In this document: positions 54,035-64,000 of the stretch, piece after piece
Layout of the letters: the number at the start of each line of letters is the position of its first letter
How positions within the stretch are numbered: position 1 is the first letter of the stretch
Source of the DNA: Alphaproteobacteria bacterium
GTDB lineage: Bacteria; Pseudomonadota; Alphaproteobacteria; MPNO01; UBA830
DNA length: 64,000 nt
Assembly (NCBI GenBank): GCA_964291215.2
Contig: OZ219791.1
Location: 1,024,001-1,088,000, forward strand
Direction of reading: 5' to 3'
Position numbers and translations under genes: made by a program
Notes under the pieces: generated by a model
The model's input: only the letters and a program-made list of their open reading frames with translations
Databases searched by the model: none
Told to the model about the DNA's origin: nothing

Positions 54035-54934
54035 ATGGCAAGCACCGATCGGATGAAGGGATACGGGCGAGCGGGAACGCTGCGGCGCGGTGCGAGGCTG
54101 GTGTTCGCGATGGGCGTGCTGGCCGTCTCGGTTTGCGTCACCGCCACGGTGGCGGCAACGCAGGCCGTCGATCTCGAACTCGTCATTTCAACCGACGTCT
54201 CGCGAAGCATAGACCAGGAGGAGGCCATGCTGCAGCGGCGGGGAATTGCCGCTGCGTTTCGAAACTCGGAGGTCATCCGCGCAATCACCTCGGGTTTCCT
54301 TGGCAGGATTGGCGTGGCCTACATCGATTATTCGAGCCGCGCCTTCAATCGGATCGTCATCGACTGGACGCTCATTGATGACCGCGGGAGCGCCGAGGCA
54401 TTCGCCTCCCGCCTGCTCGAGGCGCCGCTGACGTTCGGCCGCCGGACATCGATCAGTGACGCCATCGAACTGGCGCGGGAGATGATCGAGTCGAACGCCC
54501 TCGATGGAACGCGGCGCGTGATAGACGTCTCCGGCGACGGGCCGAACAATCATGGACGTCTCGTCGACGCGGTCCGCGACGCCACCGTATCCCGGTGGAT
54601 CACCATCAACGGGCTTCCCATCATCAACCGGCGCGGCATATACAGCAGCAGGTTCCACTTGCCGGACCTGGATAAGTATTATCGGGGCTGCGTTATCGGC
54701 GGGCCCGGTGCGTTCCTCGTGGTCGCGAGCAGTTTCGAGGATTTTGCACGTGCGATACGGCGGAAGCTGGTCCTCGAGATCGCGGGAACTGCGCCGGTCA
54801 TCGATGGCGCGTCTTCCGCCCGTCTCGTCCGGGTGTCGTCGACCGGGCGTCCGCATCGGTCATCGGGCGGATATGTCTATCCTGGGGGTTGCGACATCGG
54901 TGAGCGCATGCGGAGATTCTGGGACGATCCGTAA
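54035..54934 (+). CDS. DUF1194 (VWA-like) exported protein
   Basis: VDLELV...DVSRSID.EE..LQR.G, RRVIDVSGDGPNN.G, VIGGPGAF, RRKLVLEIA. Confidence 0.88.
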   Translation: MASTDRMKGYGRAGTLRRGARLVFAMGVLAVSVCVTATVAATQAVDLELVISTDVSRSIDQEEAMLQRRGIAAAFRNSEVIRAITSGFLGRIGVAYIDYSSRAFNRIVIDWTLIDDRGSAEAFASRLLEAPLTFGRRTSISDAIELAREMIESNALDGTRRVIDVSGDGPNNHGRLVDAVRDATVSRWITINGLPIINRRGIYSSRFHLPDLDKYYRGCVIGGPGAFLVVASSFEDFARAIRRKLVLEIAGTAPVIDGASSARLVRVSSTGRPHRSSGGYVYPGGCDIGERMRRFWDDP

Positions 54935-54993
54935 GCGCGAATCAATGTCCGCGACCGGGGTGCCATGCCGACGCGGCGCCTTTGGGATGGATG

Positions 54994-56811
54994 TCATTCG
55001 CTCTTGGCCAGCCGGATTGCCGCCGGGTTTCGATCGTCATAGAGGCGCTCCACGAGGCTGGCGCGCAGGGTCGTGACGGTTCGAACGTTGAGGCTCCCCT
55101 TGGGCGTAATTTCTCCGGCGCCGACCGAGGGCGGTTCGGCGAGCACGATGGCGCGGGCGATGCGCTTCGACGAGCCCGTCGCCTGTGTAGCGAGCGCCTC
55201 CAGCGCGGTCCGGAGTTCGGCGGCAAAGGCCTCGTCCAGCACTGCTCCGTCGGGGTCCGTCGAAGCGCCGGCGCAGCGGCCCGTTGCCGGAAAGACCAGC
55301 AGGCCGATTTCCTCACGGCCTTCGCCCACAACGACGATGTCCTGAACCAGGCCCGAAAGCGCCGCCACCGCTTCGATGCGCAGAATGCTCGCCCGGACCC
55401 AGGCGCCGGTGGTTAGCTTGAAGTCTTCTGTAAGCCGGCCGTCGAAAAACAGGCCCCGCGTGTCGTCGTCCGGGTCGACAAGACGGATCGCATCCCCGGT
55501 GACGAAGAATCCCTCCTCGTCGAAACTCGCGGCAGTCCGGTCGGGATCCTCGAAATACCCGTCTATCACGTTGGGACCTCTGACCCTCAGCTCGTGGCGG
55601 TCGCCGCCGAGGGGGATCAGCTTCGCCGTCACCTCGGGAACCGGCACCCCGATCATTCCGGACGTGGCGCCCCTCTGGTGATAGAGTACCGCGCAGGGTG
55701 CGGTCTCGGTCATGCCCCAACCCGAGATCATCAGAGGCACCTCTCCGCGTTCCGCGATCGCCATCTCTTGGATCGCCGACCAGACGTCTGCGGGAAGCGA
55801 CGCGCCGGCGTAGAAGAACATGTCAAGATCGCGGAAATAGGCGCGGCGCAGTTCCGCATCCGCCCGCATCGCCCGGACGGTGAGGGCGTGAGCGATGGGC
55901 AGGTCGATGGCCAGCGTTCCCGGGTGCATGCGGAGATTCTCGAGCGAACGCTCGAACAGCCGACCGGCCGGTTTGCCGTCGTCGAGATAGAGGCTGCCGC
56001 CGTTCGCCAGCATCATGTTGAAATCGGAATTGCCGGCGAACACGTGGTTCCAGGGCGGCCAGCTGAGGAGCTTGTGGGGCTTGTATCCGAGCAGGGGCAG
56101 GCAGGCGAGGTATTGCGCCTGGTTGACGGTCAGCATCCGCTGGGTCTGGGGCACGCCCTTGGGGTCGGAGGTGGAGCCGGAGGTGAAGAGGATCTTGGCG
56201 ATCGTGTCGGGGCCAACCCGGCCGAAGGTGTCGTCGACATCCGCCGCCGGATCGCCCTTCAGGAGACTGGAAAACGCGGCGGTATCGCCGCCGCCTGCGC
56301 GGCTCGTGAATTTCTGCACACCGTCGAAGATGTCGAGCGCGAGGGCCGGCCCGTAGGCCTCCGCGTCGGCAGCATAGACCATCGCGGGGCGTACCTTGCC
56401 GGCGCAGTAACACAACCTGGGCCGGGCCTCGGACAGGAGCGAGTATTGCTCGGCCAACGGCACCAGCGGGGCGCCGACGGTCTGCGCTGCGAGCGCCAGG
56501 ATCGCATGATCGATCGACGGCCCCGACAGCACGACGACAGGGCGGCCATATCCGATCCCCCGGGCAAGAAGGCCTTCGGCGGCGGAGCGGACCAGCTGGG
56601 CCATCTCGGAATAGGCGACCTCTCGCCAACCGTCGCCGCTCCTCTCCGCGATGAAGACGCGGTCCGGCGCCTCGTCGGCCCAGCGATTTAACCAGTCGAC
56701 CGTCGTGCGCGCGACCGCGCCGAGTTCACGGTCTGACCGCAGGAGCACCGTCCCGTCGGAGCGCTCCTCACGGACGACTTGATGGGGCGCATGGCCTGCT
56801 GATAACCCCAC
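54994..56811 (-). CDS. fcs: Feruloyl-CoA synthase-like acyl-CoA ligase
   Basis: FTSGSTSDPKGV, PWNH, GWGMTET, FDGRLTEDFKL.TG.WV, GEIT.KGS.N. Confidence 0.85.
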   Translation of the reverse strand: MGLSAGHAPHQVVREERSDGTVLLRSDRELGAVARTTVDWLNRWADEAPDRVFIAERSGDGWREVAYSEMAQLVRSAAEGLLARGIGYGRPVVVLSGPSIDHAILALAAQTVGAPLVPLAEQYSLLSEARPRLCYCAGKVRPAMVYAADAEAYGPALALDIFDGVQKFTSRAGGGDTAAFSSLLKGDPAADVDDTFGRVGPDTIAKILFTSGSTSDPKGVPQTQRMLTVNQAQYLACLPLLGYKPHKLLSWPPWNHVFAGNSDFNMMLANGGSLYLDDGKPAGRLFERSLENLRMHPGTLAIDLPIAHALTVRAMRADAELRRAYFRDLDMFFYAGASLPADVWSAIQEMAIAERGEVPLMISGWGMTETAPCAVLYHQRGATSGMIGVPVPEVTAKLIPLGGDRHELRVRGPNVIDGYFEDPDRTAASFDEEGFFVTGDAIRLVDPDDDTRGLFFDGRLTEDFKLTTGAWVRASILRIEAVAALSGLVQDIVVVGEGREEIGLLVFPATGRCAGASTDPDGAVLDEAFAAELRTALEALATQATGSSKRIARAIVLAEPPSVGAGEITPKGSLNVRTVTTLRASLVERLYDDRNPAAIRLAKSE

Positions 56812-57128
56812 CTTCTGCCCTCCAAATCCGCGACAACCGGCATTCTCCGGACCGCAGTGGCGGCTGCCGGAACTCTACAGGTCCGACAAGGTTCCGCCGC
56901 AGCCCCGACCGCAACCCTCGCGGGCGCTTGCCGTCAAGGGCGGCACCCGCTCCCGTGTCGGGGGTGAGAACAGCCGTTGGCAGACCTCGCACCGGCGACC
57001 GGGCGCGTCGCCGGAACGGCTCGCTGGTAGACCGGCTCCATGGTCCGATTTCAGTGTCAGGCACTTGATGAGGGCCGGACACTATCCTATTTCACACCTG
57101 AACACCAGAAAAGGGCGGATACTGAACG

Positions 57129-57854
57129 ATGGCGTGGCTGCGGCGACTGACTGAGGATGTCCGGGTGATCATGGAGAAGGATCCGGCTGCGCGTTCGCGC
57201 CTCGAGGTGATCTTCTGCTATCCGGGGTTTCATGCGCTGCTGCTCCATCATTTGGCCCATTTCTGCTGGAGCGTACGGCTGTTCCTTTTCGGTCGTTTTC
57301 TTTCAACTGTCAGCAGGTTCCTTACCGGCATCGAGATTCATCCCGCGGCCAGGCTCGGGCGCCGTCTGTTCATAGATCACGGCATGGGCTGCGTGATCGG
57401 CGAGACCGCAGAGATCGGCGACGATGTCACGCTCTATCACGGCGTTACTCTCGGTGGCGTGACGCTGGAGAAGGCCAAGCGCCACCCGACAATCGGCAAC
57501 GGCGTCGTCGTCGGCTCCGGGGCGCAGGTTCTCGGGCCGATCATGGTCGGCAACGGCGCGCTAATCGGCGCCAATGCGGTGGTGCTGGCGGATGTTGCAG
57601 CGGGGGTGACGATGGTCGGCATACCCGCCCGGCAGGTGCAGGCGCGGGACCGGACCGGCTCCGATCCCCGGTTCGCCGCCTATGGCGTGCCCCGCGGCGA
57701 CCTGCCCGATCCTGTTGCGAGAATGGTCGAGGGCATGATGGGCGAGATCCAGGCCCTCAGGGCGCGGATCGACGATTTGGAACGCGGACGGGAAACGGCA
57801 TCGTCACCATCTTCGTCTAGGGATCTAGGCACGGGAGACACGGCCGGACCGTGA
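57129..57854 (+). CDS. cysE: Serine O-acetyltransferase
   Basis: [33 protein letters not shown]. Confidence 0.95.
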   Translation: MAWLRRLTEDVRVIMEKDPAARSRLEVIFCYPGFHALLLHHLAHFCWSVRLFLFGRFLSTVSRFLTGIEIHPAARLGRRLFIDHGMGCVIGETAEIGDDVTLYHGVTLGGVTLEKAKRHPTIGNGVVVGSGAQVLGPIMVGNGALIGANAVVLADVAAGVTMVGIPARQVQARDRTGSDPRFAAYGVPRGDLPDPVARMVEGMMGEIQALRARIDDLERGRETASSPSSSRDLGTGDTAGP

Positions 57855-57903
57855 TTCGGTCTTCGGACCGGGATGTGCGGCAAGGCAAGGCGGGGGACCG
57901 AGC

Positions 57904-58911
57904 ATGGATACACGAGACGGCTTTACGGGGAGTGTCGGCAATACGCCGTTGATCAGGTTGAGGCGGGCGTCGGAGAGCACCGGCTGCGAGATCTACGGCA
58001 AAGCCGAATTCCTGAACCCGGGAGGGTCGGTCAAGGACCGCGCCGCGCTCTACATGATTCTGGACGCCGAGGAGCGGGGCCTCCTGAAACCCGGCGGTGT
58101 TATCGTGGAAGGCACTGCGGGCAATACCGGGATCGGGCTTGCGCTTGTCGCCAATGCGCGCGGCTACCGCACGGTCATCGTCATTCCCGAGACCCAGAGC
58201 CGCGAGAAGATGGACATGCTGCGCCTGTGCGGCGCGGAACTCATGCCGGTCCCGGCAAAGCCCTACCGTGATCCCGACAACTATGTCCGGGTGTCCGAGC
58301 GCGTTGCGGCGGACTACGCGGAAAAGGAACCCAACGGCGCGATCTGGGCCAACCAGTGGGACAATCCGGCGAACTGGCAGGGCCACTACCGGTCCACCGG
58401 CCCGGAGATCTGGCGCCAGACCGACGGCCGAGTCGACGGTTTCATCTGCGCCATCGGCACCGGCGGCACGCTGGCCGGCATTTCGACGTATCTCAAGGAG
58501 CAGAACCCGGAGGTGGCGATCGGCCTCGCCGATCCCGAGGGCGCCGCTATGTATAGCTACTTCAGCACCGGGGAGCTGGCGAGTGAAGGCTCGTCGATCA
58601 CCGAGGGCATCGGCCAGGGGCGGGTGACCGCGAATGTCGCCCAGGCCAAGGTTGACTGGCCCTATCGCATACTGGACAACGAGGCGCTTCCCGTCATATT
58701 TGATCTGCTGCGCGAGGAAGGGCTCTGCCTCGGCGGATCGTCGGGCATCAACGTCGCCGGCGCCATTTGCCTCGCGCGCGATCTGGGCCCCGGCCACACC
58801 ATCGTCACGATCCTGTGCGACGGCGGCCAGCGCTACCAGTCGAAACTGTTCAATCCGGAATTCCTGGAAGAGAAAGGACTGCCGGCTCCCGGCTGGCTGC
58901 AGGACGTATGA
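57904..58911 (+). CDS. cysK: Cysteine synthase
   Basis: GNTPL, NPGGSVKDR, GTAGNTG, GTGGT, EGIG. Confidence 0.92.
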   Translation: MDTRDGFTGSVGNTPLIRLRRASESTGCEIYGKAEFLNPGGSVKDRAALYMILDAEERGLLKPGGVIVEGTAGNTGIGLALVANARGYRTVIVIPETQSREKMDMLRLCGAELMPVPAKPYRDPDNYVRVSERVAADYAEKEPNGAIWANQWDNPANWQGHYRSTGPEIWRQTDGRVDGFICAIGTGGTLAGISTYLKEQNPEVAIGLADPEGAAMYSYFSTGELASEGSSITEGIGQGRVTANVAQAKVDWPYRILDNEALPVIFDLLREEGLCLGGSSGINVAGAICLARDLGPGHTIVTILCDGGQRYQSKLFNPEFLEEKGLPAPGWLQDV

Positions 58912-59507
58912 TGTTCACCCTGCATTCGCGCCAGCCGTCCCCGTTCGGGCGCAAAATCCTCTTCGCCGCCCGGCATCTCGGCCTCGACGGTACGATGGAG
59001 GTCCGCGAGGCCGACGATGAGAACCTCGTCCAGGGCCGCAACCCGCTCGGCAAGGTGCCGATACTCGAGCTTGAGGATGGGCGGACGCTGTTCGACAGCC
59101 GCGTGATTCTCCAGTTCCTCGACGAGGCCGCGGGCGGCAGCCTCATCATCCCGGTAGAGAGCGCCGCGAAGTTCGAGGCGCTGCGCCAGGCGGCGCTGGC
59201 CGACGGCATTCTCGAGGCCGCGCTGCTGATCGTCTATGAAGGCCGGTACCGTCCCGACCTCGATCCATACAAGCCGTGGCTCGACTTCCAGCGCGGCAAG
59301 ATCGACCGTGCGCTCGCGGCGAGCGAGGTTGCGCCGCCCGGACTCCGGCCGCCAATGATCGGCGCCATCGGGCTTGCCTGCGCACTCGAATATCTCGATT
59401 TCCGCAAGCCCTGCGTGTGGCGCGAGGACTATCCCGGGCTCGTCGGCTGGCTCGCGGAATTCAACGCCGAATATCCCGGATTTGCCGAATCGCGGCCAGG
59501 CGCGTGA
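58908..59507 (+). CDS. Glutathione S-transferase family protein
   Basis: SPFGRK, NPLGKVP.L, FDSRVI, CALEYLDFR. Confidence 0.9.
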   Translation: MMFTLHSRQPSPFGRKILFAARHLGLDGTMEVREADDENLVQGRNPLGKVPILELEDGRTLFDSRVILQFLDEAAGGSLIIPVESAAKFEALRQAALADGILEAALLIVYEGRYRPDLDPYKPWLDFQRGKIDRALAASEVAPPGLRPPMIGAIGLACALEYLDFRKPCVWREDYPGLVGWLAEFNAEYPGFAESRPGA

Positions 59508-59547
59508 ATCCGGCGGGACTCTCCGGGTCGTGGCCGGCCGGCTGGCA

Positions 59548-60096
59548 TCACCGCGGCTCGGGCGCGAGAGCGAACTCCGCGAGCGGCAGGTAGCTCGGGC
59601 CGGATCGCCCGAGCTTGCTTTCGTACAGGATGAAGCGCTCCGCTTCGAAAGGGGCTTCCCCGAACGCGCCGTTGGCCTCGAGCCAGGAACGAACATGGTC
59701 GGCGCGCGCCTGCCTCAACCGGCCGACAGTGACATGCGGCATGAACTTGCGCCGTTCCGGATCGAGCCCGCTTGCGGTCACCGCGCGCTCGATCCTGGCC
59801 TGGAGCGTGGCGAGCTCTTCGGTTTTCTCGACCCCGATCCAGACCGCGCGTGTCTTCTTCCCGGAACTGAAATGCCCGGCGCCGCGCAGCGTCACGGTCA
59901 GCGGCGGCATCCGGATCGCGCCGAGCGCGTCCGCCACATCCGCGATCTGGTCTTCCAGGACTTCGCTGATGAAACGCAGGGTGATGTGGAAATTCTCGGG
60001 CGGCACCCAGCGCACGCCGTCGATGCCGCCGGCCAGCGAGGCGAGGCGAAGCCGGTTGCTTTCGGGCAGTCCAAGAGCGACGAACAGGCGGACCAT
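59548..60096 (-). CDS. thpR: RNA 2',3'-cyclic phosphodiesterase
   Basis: RLFVAL, HITL and PHVT 2H motifs. Confidence 0.92.
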   Translation of the reverse strand: MVRLFVALGLPESNRLRLASLAGGIDGVRWVPPENFHITLRFISEVLEDQIADVADALGAIRMPPLTVTLRGAGHFSSGKKTRAVWIGVEKTEELATLQARIERAVTASGLDPERRKFMPHVTVGRLRQARADHVRSWLEANGAFGEAPFEAERFILYESKLGRSGPSYLPLAEFALAPEPR

Positions 60097-60205
60097 CCCG
60101 CGACCTCCTGAAACCTTGCGGCTGCTGGCGGTGGGTGGCAGGCAGCCGGAGCGAGGGATTTTCTGCGGTTGGAAGATTCCGATCAAGAGGCGGGGGGAGT
60201 TCGCG

Positions 60206-60290
60206 CACAGTGATCTCACGCTTGTTGATGTGATGTGATCGGAGTCTTGATCGCGGCGCGGGTCGACGCGTTCGAGTCTGCGATTGTATC
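60206..60290 (-). mobile_element. ISAs1-DUF4338 element right end
   Basis: Reverse complement of about 33660-33740. Confidence 0.8.
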
Positions 60291-60569
60291 TAGATGAGCG
60301 TTTGTTCGTGCGGTGAGGTGTTGTTGTTTTCGTCCGGTATCTACTCACCCCTAGTTGGGTTCTGATTGGTCGTAGTGCTCGTTGATGATGTCTGCGGCTT
60401 TTCCGTCGAGGGCGATCTGGGTGGCGACGAGTGGGTTGTAGCCGAGTGCGGCCATGGAGGTGAGGTAGCTTGGCACCATGCTTTTGCGTGGAGCGGAAGC
60501 ATCCGGGCACCTTGACCTTTGCCATCCTGATCTTCTGTTCTCCGGCATTGTTGGTGAAGCTGACGTCGG

Positions 60570-62040
60570 GTGCGCCAGGCAAACTGGTGGAATGTGGCCG
60601 GGTGCAAGTCCCGAGAGAGGCTAATTTCTCCGTGAACCATGCGTCGCCAGGCGAAGCGTTGGGGAGCGGCAGGCCAGGCTATTGAGCCACGAGATGCTTT
60701 GAAACCGGAGTGCCGAGGTCGTGGCCGAAGGCAACGAGCCGCGTTGGTGAGGGGGGCTCCGCGGGGTCCGAGAACCAGGGCCGAAGCAGGGACCTGGGAG
60801 GTCTTGCCCCTCTGTCGTGGAGGGGCCGCAGAGGAAATTCCGTAAACCGATGATGAACGAGAAGTCAGATTCGGCCATAGTACCGCTGAAGGCGGCGAAC
60901 AAGGGTTCTTCGGAGCCTGCGGAGTTGTTGGAGGGAAGGGCAATGCGGTTGGCCCGCGCCGCGCGCAGAAGCGGGGGTCACAGGCGGCAGGTAGCGAAGA
61001 GGAACCCGGAAGAGCGTCTTTACTCCACCACGTGATGTTCTGCGTTCCATTCCTTGAGGAAGGACGCGGCGGCGGGGCGTTGTGTGGCAAGCGTACGCGG
61101 AGGGTGTGGAACTGCTGCACGCCCGTGTGCACAGGGGTGCGTACCGGGCGCCTCCAGGGTTTACATACCCAAGGAGGATGGAGGGCAACTTGCCTCGGAC
61201 AAGATTCTTCAGCGGGCGGTGTGATTCTGGTGCCGCGAGACGGAGTTCCTCGGTTCCGGCCGGGGCGCATCATGCGCCGTCACGGTGGAACGGCGGAAGG
61301 TCAACTGGATCGTTGACGCCCCTTCGACAATCGCGACCATCTGGTCGCGATGCTCGGGAAACGGATCGGGGGGTCTGATCATCAAGTGACGCCGGCGTCA
61401 TGGAAGGGACCGACTGGCAAGGTAACGCCGCAAGGGGCGGCGCCATGCCTTGCGAACCTGCACTACGTACGACTGGTTCCAGAACCACTGGCGCAAGCGG
61501 GACACGATCATTATGCGGACGACTTCGTGTGCGGCTTTCAGCATCTGGGCGGCGCTGAGACCTTGGGGAGAGACTGGCCCACTTGAACTGCACCCGGAAA
61601 ATCATCGAGTTCGGTCGGTTTGCCAGAGCGAACCGCCGGAAGCGTGGGCAAGACGTTCGACTTCCTCGGCATGACGCACTTCTGCGAACAGACGAGGAAA
61701 GGCAGGTTCAGGGTCGGTCGCAAACGGGCACCCTGCGGCGGATCAAGGAGGCCTTGCGCAGGCGGTGGCACGATAACCGGCACGAAACGGCCCAGTGGAG
61801 AGTTATCAACGGCTGCTACTACGCCGTTCCAGGAAGCAGCCTGCAGAAGTTCATAACCAATGCAAACAGCTGCGTGCCCTTCGGCGACGCTCCCAAAAGG
61901 ACTTCACCGGGGACATAGACACCCTCACCGCTGCCCACTGAGCCAGCATCCGTGGCCAAACCAGCGCCTTGTCGTCAGGGGAGGAGCGAACAGCGCACGT
62001 CCGGTTCTGTGCGGGGGGTAACCCGGTTCCCTACCGCGAT
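60570..62040 (+). mobile_element. Group II intron (second lineage), degraded RT
   Basis: 5' GTGCG; 3' ccctaccgcgat; YADDFVCGF, FGRFA, FDFLGMTH, HPWP; excision restores LRFIDNPDVSFTNN on the minus strand. Confidence 0.9.
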
Positions 62041-62993
62041 GGTTGTCTATGAAGCGCAGGTTTTCGTGTTTCACGAGACGTTCGTGCAGGTTGTGCGCGT
62101 TTGCGTCCACGTTTTCCTTTCGGCGGGATGTCGGGCAGTTCCCTGGCGCCCTGATGGTGCGGTAGCGCCCGGCGTCGTTCAGGGTTTTGGATGCGCTCTT
62201 GTTGACCTTGTGGCAGGGAGTAGGCTCTTCATCAGTCGCGCGGTAGCCTCGACGACAAAGGTCAGTTCGCGCAGCAGGTGGCTACACTGGTCATAGCCCA
62301 TGTACGAGGTCCAGGACGCCCTTGTAGCACGGGCCGATCTCTTGCCCGCGCTTGCGGTGCGGGAACTTGCACGTCCCGACGACATGGAGCCACTTGCTGT
62401 TGATCCGAAATCGTCGACATCGGGCGTTGCAGGAGGTACGCCACGGCGGCCTCCTCCCATGACGCATCGTGAAAGCATAGCTGAGGCCTCGGAGAGCTTG
62501 ATATCGCCTGCACGAACGCGACGGCACGGCGCAGGGACAGCATCTGGGTGACCAGCAGGTTGATAACGAGGGCCTGGATGCCGTACTGCACGGGATGTTA
62601 TCGGGGAACCGGCCCTTGCACTTCGGGCATTCCTTGATCTCGGCGCGGCGCTCGACGACCTCGAACACAATGTCGTGCGGCGCTCCCGATCGACGGGGCC
62701 GTCGATGTCAGCGCCGCAGGCGTCGCAGGCCGCGACCGTTTTCTCGACGATGATCTTGCGCAGGTTGTCGCCCATCTGCCGGTTCGGCTTCGGGCCCTTG
62801 CTCCCGGCACGCTCTTGTCCGTCTGTGACGGCGGCAGACCGGAGTTCCGGCTCGTGCGTGGACTTTTCCAGAAGGACGACGATGAGGATGTCGAGCAGGA
62901 TGACGAAGACGCGGATCACGGCCTCTTTCGGCACCTTGCCGGCAGCGCCGCGGTCCTGGCCGCTTCGAACTCCTCGCGCGCCGCCCGTCGCCA

Positions 62994-63188
62994 TCACCCG
63001 GCCTCGACGGTCATGATCGTCGCGAGCATCGCTTGGCGCTCGCCCGGCGGCATCTTCCGGTACTCCGCCTTGCGCTTCATCAGCGCGCCGCCTCCGAGAT
63101 GCGTTTCCACATACAGATCATGCGGGGGCTGGAGCCCCGGAAGCAGCTGGCACAGCCCGCTCGTCGCCTTCGATCCAAAGTAGCCTAC
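62994..63188 (-). pseudogene. Internally deleted Dam-like methyltransferase (second copy, longer C-terminus)
   Basis: GYFGSKA...YVETHLGGGALMKRK joined to EYRKMPPGERQAMLATIMTVEAG. Confidence 0.7.
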
Positions 63189-64000
63189 TGGCGGTCCCCG
63201 TCGTTCTCGATTACCACCACTAAACGAATCGGCCTGCAGTGTCAAATCTCCACGAAAACCCGTTCATTACTCTACCCCGACATCAAGCCGGAACCAGGGG
63301 GTGAGCAGTTACTTCGTCCGTTTGACGGGCTTTTGTCAGGGAGTTCAAGCGTCACCCGGAGCGGTTTCGTGCACCGGGATGCGCGGTGAGGGGCACTGGC
63401 GCCATGCCGTGTTTTCCGCATCGGTTGCTGTTTTGTCCCGGCGCTGCGGAGTAGGGGCTGAGCGCCATCCTGTGCCGGTTGCAGGGGTCTGAGGGTCCGC
63501 TCCTTGCGGAGCGGGCCAGATGTCCTTCTTCGGCTTCTGTCATGTCGGTCGTAGCGGCCGCTGGTTGTTCCGACGCGGCCGCGGCCCGGCAGATGCTGCC
63601 GCGGCGCGGGACCTCGACCAGAGTCTCGCAGGGCACGGGCGTGGTGTTGCAGCGCGCGGTCCATGCGGGAGTCGAGAAGCAGCGGCTCGCCGTTCCGATC
63701 ATCGACCGCGTAGCGCATTTGCGCGCCGACCAGGCGCGTGTATCCGAGGTAGTGTCAGCGGGCGGAGCTCGTCGAGGGTCTTCGGGGCGGCGGTGTGATC
63801 AGCTTCGGGGCTGGCGGCGGCAGAAGGCGCGGGCGATGGGGTCCGCTCCGTGATCGTCGCAGCACTGCGCGACCATGAAGTCGCGCCCTCGACCTCACGG
63901 CGGCGCTGCGAATCTCCGCCGCCTCTCCGGGCTCACGGCAACCAGGGCGACAGATCGCCGGGCCGCCGTTCTCCGCACAGGCACCAGCGCAGAACGTCGA

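Larger units (their letters stand above)
60337..63312 (-). mobile_element. IS66 (ISBst12-like) element with Dam-like passenger, interrupted by a group II intron
   Basis: Both IRs present; perfect 8-bp TSD ttcgtccg; near-identical to 6360-7841. Confidence 0.92.
60291..64000 (-). mobile_element. IS66-type element remnant with downstream DUF4338 passenger, interrupted by the 60337 IS66; runs off window
   Basis: TnpC-like tail (DVL...DLSPW*) near 63940-64000, then HYLGYTRLVGAQMRYAV and CETLVEVP; end region matches 11090-11436. Confidence 0.65.

Noticed and set aside
60097-60582. Transposase-ThpR fusion suggested by the 344-aa ORF
   Set aside because: Chance read-through across IS ends; thpR has its own AGGAGG-preceded ATG at 60096.

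Overview
GC-rich alphaproteobacterial-type DNA (Rhodospirillales-like gene content, inferred from surA-pdxA-rsmA, cysE-cysK, DUF1194 and fcs). Islands of intact host genes alternate with about 25 kb (roughly 40%, my estimate) of nested, dead mobile elements. The intact genes include a TTT transporter with a metallophosphoesterase, higB with higA-peptidase, surA-pdxA-rsmA, an RND pump, acetoacetyl-CoA ligase, DMT transporters and cys genes. The mobile elements are ISAs1, IS66, IS110, IS1634, ISAzo13, IS4, ISNCY/IS5-like, ISKra4-like, three group II intron copies and five copies of a ~190-bp MITE. No transposase or intron RT ORF is intact. Main signals: (1) transposase and RT genes, and a few dispensable host genes, are perforated by many deletions between short direct repeats while target-site duplications stay perfect; (2) two IS110 copies with a CT core carry predicted bridge RNAs whose guides match their donor junction and actual target sites; (3) three IS lineages carry putative DNA-modification passengers (DUF4338/DruA-like, Dam-like MTase); (4) an RND adaptor carries a duplicated EF-hand module; (5) group II introns sit only inside transposase genes. 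All family calls come from motif recognition by eye, not database searches.
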